From an uncultured Planctomycetota bacterium (GTDB lineage Bacteria > Planctomycetota > Planctomycetia > Isosphaerales > Isosphaeraceae): a stretch of DNA of 64,000 nucleotides. The stretch covers positions 1,903,748-1,967,747 of the forward strand of contig CAWGMQ010000005.1 of the NCBI GenBank assembly GCA_963823665.1. Direction: 5' to 3'. The notes beneath the pieces are model-generated. The model did not search any database and was not told the DNA's origin. It was given only the letters and a program-made list of their open reading frames with translations. The position numbers were made by a program, and so were the translations under genes. This document shows positions 11,443-19,622 of this stretch, in pieces. Each line of letters begins with the position of its first letter. The first letter of the stretch is position 1.

Positions 11443-12231
11443 TCAATTCCTCCGTCGCCGTCCAAGAGTCAGGACGCCCAGCGCTCCCGCACCGAGCAGC
11501 ATCAAGCTCGACGGCTCGGGCACGGACTGGGTTGTCACCCCGATCGTCAAGAAGTCGATCGCGTAACCGTCGCCTCCGTCACCTCCTTCATCGATGCTCA
11601 AGGTCATGACGTTGGTGTCCAGAAGGAGTGATGGGCTGATCCCGATCGTGAAGAACTGGACGAGCGGGCCGCTCTCGTTAAGGCTTTCGAGCTCTGCCGT
11701 CAGCGCGACGTCCGTCGTGCCGTTAATCGTTGCGATGAACGGTTGCCCGAACACCGGAAACTGGAAATCGTCCGCCGCGATTCCGAGAGTGAGCGTGGTC
11801 AAATGCTGGCCGGAAGGCACTAAACTGGAGTAGTCCATGGTCATTACATCCGGACCGTTGATTCGTTCGGGGGATACAGAGTATCCATCGTGAAAGGCCG
11901 TCTGGACGGATCCCACGTAGATCTGGTCGGTTCCCGGGAAATCACCGGGGCCGGGAGTGAATGGGTAGCTATGGGGAGTGATTAACGAGGCCATGGTGAC
12001 GACGTCCGGCGCCAGACCCACGAGGGTGGCGCCTGCCTTTGGATCGCTCGCATAGGTGCCGGTCCCCAGAACATTCTCGTTGCCGTACTCAATCGCTCCA
12101 CCTCCCGCGTGGACAGGCGAGCTAAAGGCCAGAGTGCAGATCATCGCAGCCAAGAGGCTGGCCAATGAGACACTCCACCGATTCGTTCGATACACGTGGC
12201 GATGTGCTGGAACCGCGAAGATACGAGTCAT
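11443..12231 (-). CDS. PEP-CTERM sorting-domain surface protein
   Basis: Signal peptide and C-terminal VPEPSSLMLLGAGALGVLTLGRRRRN. Confidence 0.9.
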   Translation of the reverse strand: MTRIFAVPAHRHVYRTNRWSVSLASLLAAMICTLAFSSPVHAGGGAIEYGNENVLGTGTYASDPKAGATLVGLAPDVVTMASLITPHSYPFTPGPGDFPGTDQIYVGSVQTAFHDGYSVSPERINGPDVMTMDYSSLVPSGQHLTTLTLGIAADDFQFPVFGQPFIATINGTTDVALTAELESLNESGPLVQFFTIGISPSLLLDTNVMTLSIDEGGDGGDGYAIDFLTIGVTTQSVPEPSSLMLLGAGALGVLTLGRRRRN

Positions 12232-12469
12232 TGTGATTATGCCACCTTTCTTGTCGCCGACGCCCGGTTCCCGTTTGAACCGGCGGCACCTTCGTGCGGT
12301 CTTCTATTACGGTGGACCCAGGAGTGCTTCCCAGTTGCGACCTGGTGAAGACCTCATTTGCCACCAGGTGTTGGTGCTGCGGTGCCGGCGCGGTCCTGTG
12401 AGTTGTCTAACAGCGAGCGCCTGGTCCAGTTGCAATCTTTCAACTTTCCAAAAGGAAACGAGATCATTC

Positions 12470-13324
12470 ATGAACCATTTCATCGTTCGTCTTGCGCCCG
12501 GCGTGAGCATGTTGGCCGTCATGGTCGTTGCATCGGCCTCGCTTGTAGGGGCCGATGAAAACGCGAAACCGCGGGTTTCGGTTCCCGAAGCAGACGGCAA
12601 GGCTGCGCAAATTCTGAGGGCTGCGCACGAGTATGTGGCTGCTCGCTCCGTTGAGATCGAGCAAACCGCCGAACAGACTGCCCGTGTTCTGGTCGATGGT
12701 AAGCCGTTGGGCGCGGAGCAAGCGACTAAACAAACCTCTCGTATCGAGGTTGACGCTGACAAAGGGTTCGTGCGAATGACGATGCGCGATCAAGGCGGGG
12801 CGGATGTTGTTGTGATTCGCAAAGGCAATCGCATCGCAATGAAGATTGGCTCGGATCCGTGGACCGCGCCAAAGGGCAGTTATGCCCGGATTAGCGATCA
12901 ACTGGGAAACCCGTTCGCTTGCCCTTTTCCAGGGCCCGGAGAGAAGCATTCGCCGAAGTGGACGATCGTGGGTGATGAGCATGTCGACGGCCAGGAGATG
13001 GTCGTAATCAAGACTGTCGGCGACAGTGCGAATGAGTATGCCCAGGCGCGGATGCGCGACGGAATCGTGTCGATATTCCCTGATGCCTCTTCCCGCCCGA
13101 CTGTTGAAGTCATGACCTACGAGTCACGGCATTGGATCGGCAAGGCTGACGATCGACGGATGCGGGTGGAGCAAACTTCTCATCACACCCTGACGATGCC
13201 GGGAGCCGCCAAGACCGTGATCGACGTTGTGGGAAAAACGACGGCGATCTATCGTCGATACAACAGAATTGACATCGATGTGCCAGAGGGCGCGCGCGGC
13301 ATCCTTTCTCCGGAAGACAAATGA
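12470..13324 (+). CDS. Secreted hypothetical protein (beta-rich, possibly LolA-like fold)
   Basis: Signal peptide after ATG 12470 with AAGGA RBS; beta-strand-rich pattern; fold is a guess. Confidence 0.65.
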   Translation: MNHFIVRLAPGVSMLAVMVVASASLVGADENAKPRVSVPEADGKAAQILRAAHEYVAARSVEIEQTAEQTARVLVDGKPLGAEQATKQTSRIEVDADKGFVRMTMRDQGGADVVVIRKGNRIAMKIGSDPWTAPKGSYARISDQLGNPFACPFPGPGEKHSPKWTIVGDEHVDGQEMVVIKTVGDSANEYAQARMRDGIVSIFPDASSRPTVEVMTYESRHWIGKADDRRMRVEQTSHHTLTMPGAAKTVIDVVGKTTAIYRRYNRIDIDVPEGARGILSPEDK

Positions 13325-13385
13325 GTGTGAACCTCGCCGGTGTGTTCCTGGGAACAAATCATGCTATCCGAACGATGAGGTAAAG

Positions 13386-13489
13386 TTGAAGCTCAGCGAC
13401 GTCATTCCGTGGGGACTGTCTTTCGATACTCGGAGCGATTGAGCTTTGAGTTTCATCTGGCGTCGATTGAGGAGTTGCTGCGGGTGGCG
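13386..13489 (+). pseudogene. SAM-dependent methyltransferase relic, copy A (N-terminus fused to ~63-bp core)
   Basis: GAGG RBS + TTG KLSDVIPWGLSFD joined directly to YSERLSFEFHLASIEELLRVA-coding DNA shared with copies B-D. Confidence 0.75.
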
Positions 13490-13565
13490 AGGTTGGCAAG
13501 CGGCTAGACTCCGACCGGGGCAAGTTTGTGGTGCTGGCGCTGCCGGCGAAGTGCCAAAAGTCAAA

Positions 13566-13680
13566 GAAAAAAGCCGACCTGGGGGAACCTTTCGCAAAGT
13601 TCTCCCAGGTCGGCTTACTCTTTAACGAACCTGCCGGCAGGGCCGGGTTGTCCTTCGGCCAGTCATCCGACCATTTTCGC
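13566..13680 (-). ncRNA. Candidate small RNA with own promoter and terminator
   Basis: Minus-strand TTGCAT-N17-TACAAC promoter (13714-13686), then ~115 nt ending in an 18-bp hairpin (13571-13616) plus U-run; no credible ORF. Confidence 0.45.
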
Positions 13681-13777
13681 CGCTGGTTGTACGCTTTCGG
13701 GTCGGGGAATGCAAGCACTGGCCAGCTCACCGTTTACATTCATAAGTCGAAAGATATTTTTATTACATAAATAATTA

Positions 13778-13806
13778 TTGACATTTTGTTCGCTTTCGCC
13801 TATAGT
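13778..13806 (+). promoter_or_regulatory. Sigma70-type promoter of hsp20
   Basis: TTGACA-N17-TATAGT with AT-rich UP-like element upstream. Confidence 0.75.
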
Positions 13807-13865
13807 CGGATTGTAGCCAGAGAGACAAGAGCGATGAAAAGCCGGTCCGGCAATCCACTGCACGG

Positions 13866-13892
13866 CTGGCACTATTTGATCCTGCGTGCCCG
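13866..13892. promoter_or_regulatory. Degenerate CIRCE (HrcA operator) candidate
   Basis: CTGGCACTA-N9-GCGTGCCCG, 9-9-9 geometry, between promoter and hsp20 start. Confidence 0.4.
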
Positions 13893-13936
13893 AGGTCATC
13901 GCCAAACGGCACGCTCAATGACGAAGGAGACTTGAG

Positions 13937-14389
13937 ATGACACTCACAAGATGGGACCCGTCCAACGAGATGGTCAGCCTGCGGGATGCTGTGAACTTCC
14001 TGTTCCAGGAGAGCTTCGTGCAACCGACGAGCGGCGCACGGTCAGAACGAGGAGCCACCACGGTTGCGCTTCCCTTGGATGTTACAGAGGGGGAGAACGA
14101 TTTCGTGGTGACCGCCTCGCTGCCTGGTATCAAACCGGAAGATGTGCAGACGACAGTCCTCGGCGATACCGTGATGATCAAGGCCGAGAGCAAGGCCAAT
14201 GGAGAGCAGAAGGGCCAGAACTGGCTCATGCGAGAGCGCCGTTCGGGCTCATTCCAGCGTTCGGTAAACCTGGGCACGCCCATCAATGCCGACAAAGCGA
14301 CGCACCACTTCGAGCATGGTGTCCTGACGTTGACATTGCCGAAGTCGGAGCAGGCTCGTCCCAGGCAGATCAAGCTCAATGCCCGCTAG
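13937..14389 (+). CDS. Hsp20/alpha-crystallin small heat shock protein
   Basis: LPLDVTE...ASLPGIKPED...RERRSGSFQRSV.L...A...HGVLTLTLPK; AAGGAG RBS. Confidence 0.95.
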   Translation: MTLTRWDPSNEMVSLRDAVNFLFQESFVQPTSGARSERGATTVALPLDVTEGENDFVVTASLPGIKPEDVQTTVLGDTVMIKAESKANGEQKGQNWLMRERRSGSFQRSVNLGTPINADKATHHFEHGVLTLTLPKSEQARPRQIKLNAR

Positions 14390-14414
14390 GTTCGAGTCAA
14401 CTCAGATGCACATC

Positions 14415-14442
14415 GATGGGCATGGACCGGTCCATGCCCATC
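14415..14442. terminator. Perfect 28-bp palindrome after hsp20 (terminator/REP-like)
   Basis: GATGGGCATGGACCGGTCCATGCCCATC. Confidence 0.55.
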
Positions 14443-14600
14443 CGAATTAGCTCAAGACCCGATGGGCATTCCTTGCTTAACCCATCGTTCCCACCACCCC
14501 GCCAGCCAGCCGTGCAGGCAAACAATCTTCACGCCATATCCCATTTGACTCGCTCTTCCCGCCTTATCTCGAAGCCGGGCCGGACCTCGGTATCAAGATT

Positions 14601-15004
14601 CGCCTCATGTTCGGGTTATCGGAGAGGGACCTGACGTGATTTCGCAGGTTCGGCTCAACCTGAGCGGATTTGTGTGGGATTACTTCTGCGATCCCGATAA
14701 TCCCGGGCGGGCCCGGCTGGCTGCGATGAACGTCTTCTTATCTGATCTTGAGGTGGGAAAAGCTGAGGGGTGCTATGTTGTTGGTTCTCTGCCGAGCCTG
14801 CCGTTTCGGGACGGGCAGTTTGATCTGGCTTTGTGCTCGCACTTGCTGTTTCTTTACTCGGATCGATTGACTTTGAGTTTCATCTGGCGTCGATTGAGGA
14901 GTTGCTGCGGGTGGCGGTGGAGGTTCGGGTTTTCCCTTTGCTGACCTTGGAGCAGGAGCACTCGCCGTATGTTGAGCCTTTGGTGGGCTGCTTGGCTGAG
15001 AAGG
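14601..15004 (+). pseudogene. SAM-dependent methyltransferase relic, copy B
   Basis: RLMFGLSERDL stub joined to VISQVRLNLSGFVWDYF...SLPSLPFRDGQFDLALCSHLLFLYS; frameshift; truncated. Confidence 0.85.
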
Positions 15005-15031
15005 AAATCGCGATCGTTTTGAGTGTGCGAG

Positions 15032-15334
15032 TTAAGGGATCTGAGCGTTCTCTTCGTCGCGTATCTCCAGATAGCGTTTCATGTGATTCTCAACGTCCAG
15101 TTGGTGGCTTGCCATGTCACAAACAACATCGAAGGGCTCCGCATGGAAAAAGAGTTCAAACTCCTCCAGAGGTTGATTCATGAGCTTTTTCTGGAGTTCG
15201 GCCAACTTATTCAATGCGGATGCTGAGCATTTGGGATGGAACTCGCGAATGCAATGCTCGACAACCGCCCAATATTCTTGCTGCGCGTCATCAGGGACGA
15301 TGTGTGAAGGTCTTAGTATATTGGCTTTACTCAT
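15032..15334 (-). CDS. Hypothetical protein, putative antitoxin/partner
   Basis: 100-aa ORF (EYWAVVEHCIREFH...FFHAEPFDVVCDMA) whose ATG overlaps the end of an upstream LYHGT stub. Confidence 0.6.
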   Translation of the reverse strand: MSKANILRPSHIVPDDAQQEYWAVVEHCIREFHPKCSASALNKLAELQKKLMNQPLEEFELFFHAEPFDVVCDMASHQLDVENHMKRYLEIRDEENAQIP

Positions 15335-15395
15335 ATGTGCCGTGGTATAGAATAATCTGTTGATCTATCCAAGGCAGTATTCCAGGCAGCGGCAA
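15327..15395 (-). pseudogene. Stub of LYHGT-motif (DUF3990/ADP-ribosyltransferase-like) gene
   Basis: RBS + TTG PLPGILPWIDQQIILYHGT then immediate stop. Confidence 0.4.
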
Positions 15396-15597
15396 ATTGA
15401 TGCCCCTTCCGAGGAAGAGGAGGTGAGACCAGCAAGAGCCATCTCTAATCATAGCCGATCGCTTCCGCGGAGCAACGCCGAGTACACGGAGCACCAGTGC
15501 GGTCTGCCCGATTGGACTTCTTGCGCAACATGGCGGGAACGAAGGCTTCCAGCGAAGCGGATGCCCTTCACCGGCTGATGAAGTGCGGTCCCGGTAA

Positions 15598-15702
15598 GGC
15601 TTCGTTTCCTCCATCGCCGCTCCGATAGCCGCCGGTCGGAGCGACTCAGTTGCCGGGCGGAAATTATAGCCACTGAAGATCAGCACCTTCCGCAGGAGGC
15701 AC
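15598..15702 (-). mobile_element. Degenerate 5' end (domain I part) of a group II intron
   Basis: Minus strand GTGCC...GATCTTCAGTGG...CCGCCCGGCAACTGAGTCGCTCCGACCGG...ATCGGAGC...TGGAGGAAACGAAGCC resembles GUGYG-initiated bacterial group II intron 5' ends. Confidence 0.6.
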
Positions 15703-15722
15703 TATAGGACTGGCCTCACAGA

Positions 15723-16046
15723 TTGAGATGGGAAAGGCTGAGGGGCGTTATATCGTCGGTTCGCTGCCGAGCCTGCCGTTCTTGGGCGGACAGTTTGATC
15801 TGGCTCTGTGCTCGCACTTGTTCTTTCCTTACTCGGATCGATTGAGCTTTGAGTTTCATCTGGCGTCGATTGAGGAGTTGCTGCGGGTGGCGGCGGAGGT
15901 TCGGGTTCTTGACCTTGGAGCGAGAACACTCGCCGCATGTTGAGCCTTTGGTGAGCTGGTTGGGGGAGAAGGGGTGGAGGGCTGAGATTTGTGGGGTGGC
16001 GTATGAATTTCAGCGAGGGGGTGATCGGATGCTTTGGATTGGGAGG
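15723..16046 (+). pseudogene. SAM-dependent methyltransferase relic, copy C (3' part)
   Basis: GKAEGRYIVGSLPSLPF...FDLALCSHL...LLRVAAEVR, small deletion, ...AYEFQRGGDRML. Confidence 0.85.
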
Positions 16047-16075
16047 CGTGATTTTGCAGGCGGTTAGTTTCGTCA

Positions 16076-16242
16076 ATGAGGCTGAGGCCGAAGCGGTACG
16101 ATCTTGCCCGCGCCCGCGTGGTTCACGGCTTCGCAGGAAGCGTAGCGAAGTCATGAAATGAGATTACGAGCCGGATGCCTCTTTGACAGGCAAGTTTCGA
16201 TCTGGGGGGGCTCGGGTGCACGGCCACCTAACTCTACCCGGC
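16076..16242 (+). mobile_element. Degenerate 3' end of a group II intron (IEP C-terminus + domains V/VI)
   Basis: RLRPKRYDLARARVVHGFAGSVAKS* followed by GAGCCGGATGCC...GGCAAGTTTCGATCTGGGGGGG...CTACCCG (DV/DVI-like). Confidence 0.65.
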
Positions 16243-16431
16243 GCAGGGAAGAGGTCTAGAATGGCCGGAACGAACACGAGGTGCGCCTTTCTGCGCGGAT
16301 GATGCGGTTGCATCATCACGACGGTCCCGGGTCCTTTCCCACGGATGCGACGCGAATCTGCTATTATAGGGCCGAGGCCTCGCTTTCTTCGGGCGCGGCG
16401 AGTTGAAGGGACAGCCGAGGGAAGGAAAATC

Positions 16432-16764
16432 ATGAGCATAGACCTTAGCGAGCAGATCATGATTGGTACCGGCGTCCAGGAGTTCTTGGATCATCATGAC
16501 CTTGAGGCCGATTTCCGGACCATTTGCGAGCTGGTCAAGGATTGTTTCCCAGATGCACTGCGCCTCCAGGCTGCAGTACGGGAGGACGTGGACGAGCCCG
16601 GCCGATTCCGCATTCTTTTGAGTGCTACGCTCCCAGCGGAATATCCTCTTGAGCAGCACTTGGTGCAGAATCGGCGCTATCATGAGCGCCTCGTGCAAAC
16701 GATCCCCTTGTCCCACTGTCCCTACTTCGCCCTGGTGACTGAGTTCCTGACGGGGCCACTATGA
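16432..16764 (+). CDS. Hypothetical protein, putative antitoxin partner of HEPN toxin
   Basis: 110-aa acidic ORF with AAGGA RBS, ATGA-coupled to HEPN-like stub. Confidence 0.65.
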   Translation: MSIDLSEQIMIGTGVQEFLDHHDLEADFRTICELVKDCFPDALRLQAAVREDVDEPGRFRILLSATLPAEYPLEQHLVQNRRYHERLVQTIPLSHCPYFALVTEFLTGPL

Positions 16765-16989
16765 AGTGGAGCGAATTCCGGGACACGGCAGATCGCTTGG
16801 CGCAGGGCTCAACGGAAGGCGACTGGCGTTCGGCTACCAGTCGCAGTTACTGCCTTGTCCGCAGTCCTCGAGGTAGATGCGGTGGTGGCGAACTTCCAGG
16901 CTCTGCTGGCCGCGGCTTCGACCGTATCGATCGTTGATGGGGCGCGGCGGCATCTCCAAGCCATTGGCCGAATACCAAGAACACCGTAG
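16761..16989 (+). pseudogene. HEPN-like toxin remnant with internal deletion
   Basis: MKWSEFRDTADRLAQGSTEGDWRSATSRSY (HEPN N-terminal helix motif) joined out of frame to a C-terminal tail; central region missing. Confidence 0.6.
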
Positions 16990-17044
16990 GGATCAACCGA
17001 CGGCAACCCATGGAAATGATCGTCTAAAACGGACCCACCCAGGG

Positions 17045-17419
17045 GGGCGAGCCCGGCTCGGTGCGATGAACTTCTTCTTATCGGACTTTGAGAGGGGAAA
17101 AGCTGAGGGCGCTATGTCGCGGCCTCGCTGCCGAGGCTTCCGTTTCGGGACGGGCAGTTTGATCTGGCTCTGTGCTCGCACTTGCTGTTTCTGTACTCGG
17201 ATCGATTGAGCTTTGAGTTTCATCTGGCGTTGATTGAGGAGTTGCTGCGAGTGGCGGCGGAGGTTCGGGGTTTTCCTCGGTTGACCTTGGAGCGGGAGCA
17301 CTCGCCGTATGTTGAGGCTTTGATGAACTGGTGGGCTGAGAAGGGGGTGGAGGAGCGAGATTTGTGGGGTGGCGTATGAGTTTCAGCGAGGGGGTGATCG
17401 GATGCTTTGGGTTGGGAGG
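17045..17419 (+). pseudogene. SAM-dependent methyltransferase relic, copy D (3' part)
   Basis: RARLGAMNFFLSDFERGKAEG / PFRDGQFDLALCSHLLFLYSDRLSFEFHL / YEFQRGGDRML with frameshifts. Confidence 0.85.
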
Positions 17420-17485
17420 GATGATCATCCAAACCGCTTTGTTACTTCCGCGGAGAGGTAATCGATCGCCTCCAGGACCGGTAAT

Positions 17486-17833
17486 ATGGATCTTGCCGAA
17501 GCCGCGGATGCCATTCGTGAAAAGCTTATCGAGCATCGGAACTCGCGAGTCGAAAACCTCTGGTCCGCGATCCTGAAGCAGATCAGGAAGCAGAATTCGT
17601 TTGATGGGCATTACGTAGATCCGATTTTGGAGGTCATCCGATCGTTCTTGAGTCAGCTAGACGACCCAACGACGATCGGTCTCTGGAAGACGACGGAGGC
17701 GGGGCTCGCCGACGATGCTGAGGATGACTGCCTGATTTCCGACTGCATCCGGATTGACTTGGAGATGGAGCTGTTGCAGGCAGTCACGGATTTGGCGTGG
17801 AAGGAAGCCAAGGAGGGTACGCGAGGGGGTTGA
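17486..17833 (+). CDS. Hypothetical protein (acidic, helical)
   Basis: 115-aa ORF with AGGA RBS. Confidence 0.6.
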   Translation: MDLAEAADAIREKLIEHRNSRVENLWSAILKQIRKQNSFDGHYVDPILEVIRSFLSQLDDPTTIGLWKTTEAGLADDAEDDCLISDCIRIDLEMELLQAVTDLAWKEAKEGTRGG

Positions 17834-17844
17834 GCCGGTTGCTG

Positions 17845-18285
17845 CTAGAGAGACGTATCCGCATTCGGTGCAGCGCCTTGTTCGGGTCTCTTCGCTCGCT
17901 TGTATACGCCCAATGCATAGGGCCAGTTCAAGGTTAGAACCGGGGTCTCCCACGTCTCCTGGTCGCTGGGTTTGCCATTGTGCCAGATGACGAATTCACC
18001 ATCACACGTGGGACATCGAAAGCGGACGCGAGGCCAGTCAGCGTCGCTGAAGTGAAATCCGTCCTGCAAGCGGTTGCAACATGGGCACCGCGGAAGAATC
18101 AGCGGGTAGAGCTTCAATCCTCTGTAGAACGGGTACACCAAGGCAAGGTATATGCAGAGCCCGCTCAGTGGCACTGCAACCGGACGCAGGTACCAGGGTA
18201 GCTGCCGAGACAGCGACAGCCCGATCACCACGCCGATAAGACCGCAGGCGACCGCGAAGAACAAGTCAATGAGGTTGAATCTCAT
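17845..18285 (-). CDS. Membrane protein with CxxC zinc-ribbon-like motifs
   Basis: Two TM helices then CPCC and CPTC; ATGA overlap with sulfotransferase stop. Confidence 0.65.
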   Translation of the reverse strand: MRFNLIDLFFAVACGLIGVVIGLSLSRQLPWYLRPVAVPLSGLCIYLALVYPFYRGLKLYPLILPRCPCCNRLQDGFHFSDADWPRVRFRCPTCDGEFVIWHNGKPSDQETWETPVLTLNWPYALGVYKRAKRPEQGAAPNADTSL

Positions 18286-19397
18286 TGCTCGTATCCCCAT
18301 TCGTCGAAGCTTCGGCCCCAGTCGTTGGCGATGCGGCGGCGTAATGGCTCGGGTAGTTCGTCAAAGCGGTTCTTGCGATAGCCGGCGATCGAGGCGAGGT
18401 AGACTTCCAGCCGGGGGCGGAGCTCGTCGAAGCCCGCCAAGCCGAGGGACTCGTAGATTGACGCGAGCACAGCAACTGGCTCACGAGCCAGATCCTCGAA
18501 GGCGACGTCGCAGAGCCGCCCATTGGGGATCAGGCCCCGCTCTGCGAAGTAAGCATCGTGCATCCTGGTGTACTGTGAAATCATCTGATCATCCCCATCC
18601 AGCAACGGGCCTTCCCGGAGGTGATAGAGGGGCTGCGCCGCACGGATCGTGTGCTTCTCCGAGCGAAATACATCATAGGGGTTTCGGTGGATGTTGACGA
18701 AGTGCGCGTCGGGGAACAGCCCGAGGAGCAGCCGGATGCGGGCGGTGTGCAGGGGTGACTTGAGCACCAGTCGGCGATTGTACCTTACCGTGAGCTTTTT
18801 CAGGAACGTCGTCAGGGCGAGCCTCCAGCGCGTGACCTCGTCGTCGGATACGTCCTGAAACGTCATGTAGCGGTCGTAGTCGACCGAGTCTCCGGGAAAG
18901 TTCCAAGCCATGTAGGGGGAGAGGCCCGTCATCGCGCACAAGGCAAACTCATCCTCCATCGGCAAATTAGCACCCTGGGCCATCTCGTCTTGGCAGCGCC
19001 GCCGGGCGACGAGCCTGTCGACGAGGGGGGCTGACCACCGCTCGGTGCCCAGGAAGGTGTGGGGATTGAAAACCTGGAACAAGGTCGGTGCGCCGAACTG
19101 CGGGTCGAGCGCAAGCAGATTGTGCAGATGCGTTGTCCCGCTACGGAAGTGCCCGAGGATGAACAAAGGGGCCTCGACACGAGCAGCCTCGATCTGCCGT
19201 CCGAACCGCGCTCGCTCGATCCGGGCGTTAACGGAGTTGGAGGCGCTCGCAGCGGTCTGGACAAGCGCGCGAGGCAGGTGCTTCAAGTCGACTGCGAAAC
19301 CGTGTCGACGCAGTACGGACCACCAGTCGCTCAAGGTCATGCCTTGAAGCGGATGGAAAATGTGGTGTGCGGCGAAATCTTTGAATTTCTCTTTCAT
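18282..19397 (-). CDS. Sulfotransferase family protein
   Basis: PAPS-binding PLFILGHFRSGTTHLHNLL; LVLKSPLHTAR; IHRNPY. Confidence 0.9.
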   Translation of the reverse strand: MKEKFKDFAAHHIFHPLQGMTLSDWWSVLRRHGFAVDLKHLPRALVQTAASASNSVNARIERARFGRQIEAARVEAPLFILGHFRSGTTHLHNLLALDPQFGAPTLFQVFNPHTFLGTERWSAPLVDRLVARRRCQDEMAQGANLPMEDEFALCAMTGLSPYMAWNFPGDSVDYDRYMTFQDVSDDEVTRWRLALTTFLKKLTVRYNRRLVLKSPLHTARIRLLLGLFPDAHFVNIHRNPYDVFRSEKHTIRAAQPLYHLREGPLLDGDDQMISQYTRMHDAYFAERGLIPNGRLCDVAFEDLAREPVAVLASIYESLGLAGFDELRPRLEVYLASIAGYRKNRFDELPEPLRRRIANDWGRSFDEWGYEQ

Positions 19398-19622
19398 GGG
19401 GGAATTGGCCGGCGAATTGGCCGTTGGCGACTTCTGTGGCGAAAGCGGCAGTACGCTTGGCGCAATGTCTATGATAACGCCCAAGCCGATCCCGATGACG
19501 TAATGGGTGGGAGGCATACCCAGCGAAATTGCCGTGGTGCTCGGACATGTGTAGCATATTACGAAGCAGCGAGCACTGTCTCGATGGCGTTGCCGAATCC
19601 CGATCAGGCGAGGTGGTGATAC

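Noticed and set aside
13566..13680. Cyclic-di-GMP-I riboswitch
   Set aside because: Lacks the GGCAAAC...GACGCAAAG signature and no gene follows on that strand.
13427..17256. CRISPR-like array from the 63-bp core
   Set aside because: Spacings are about 1-1.4 kb, the repeat is protein-coding-derived, and there are no cas genes.
13386..17419. Diversity-generating retroelement (TR/VR) explanation for the repeats
   Set aside because: Differences are mixed transitions and indels, not adenine-specific, and no intact RT is present.
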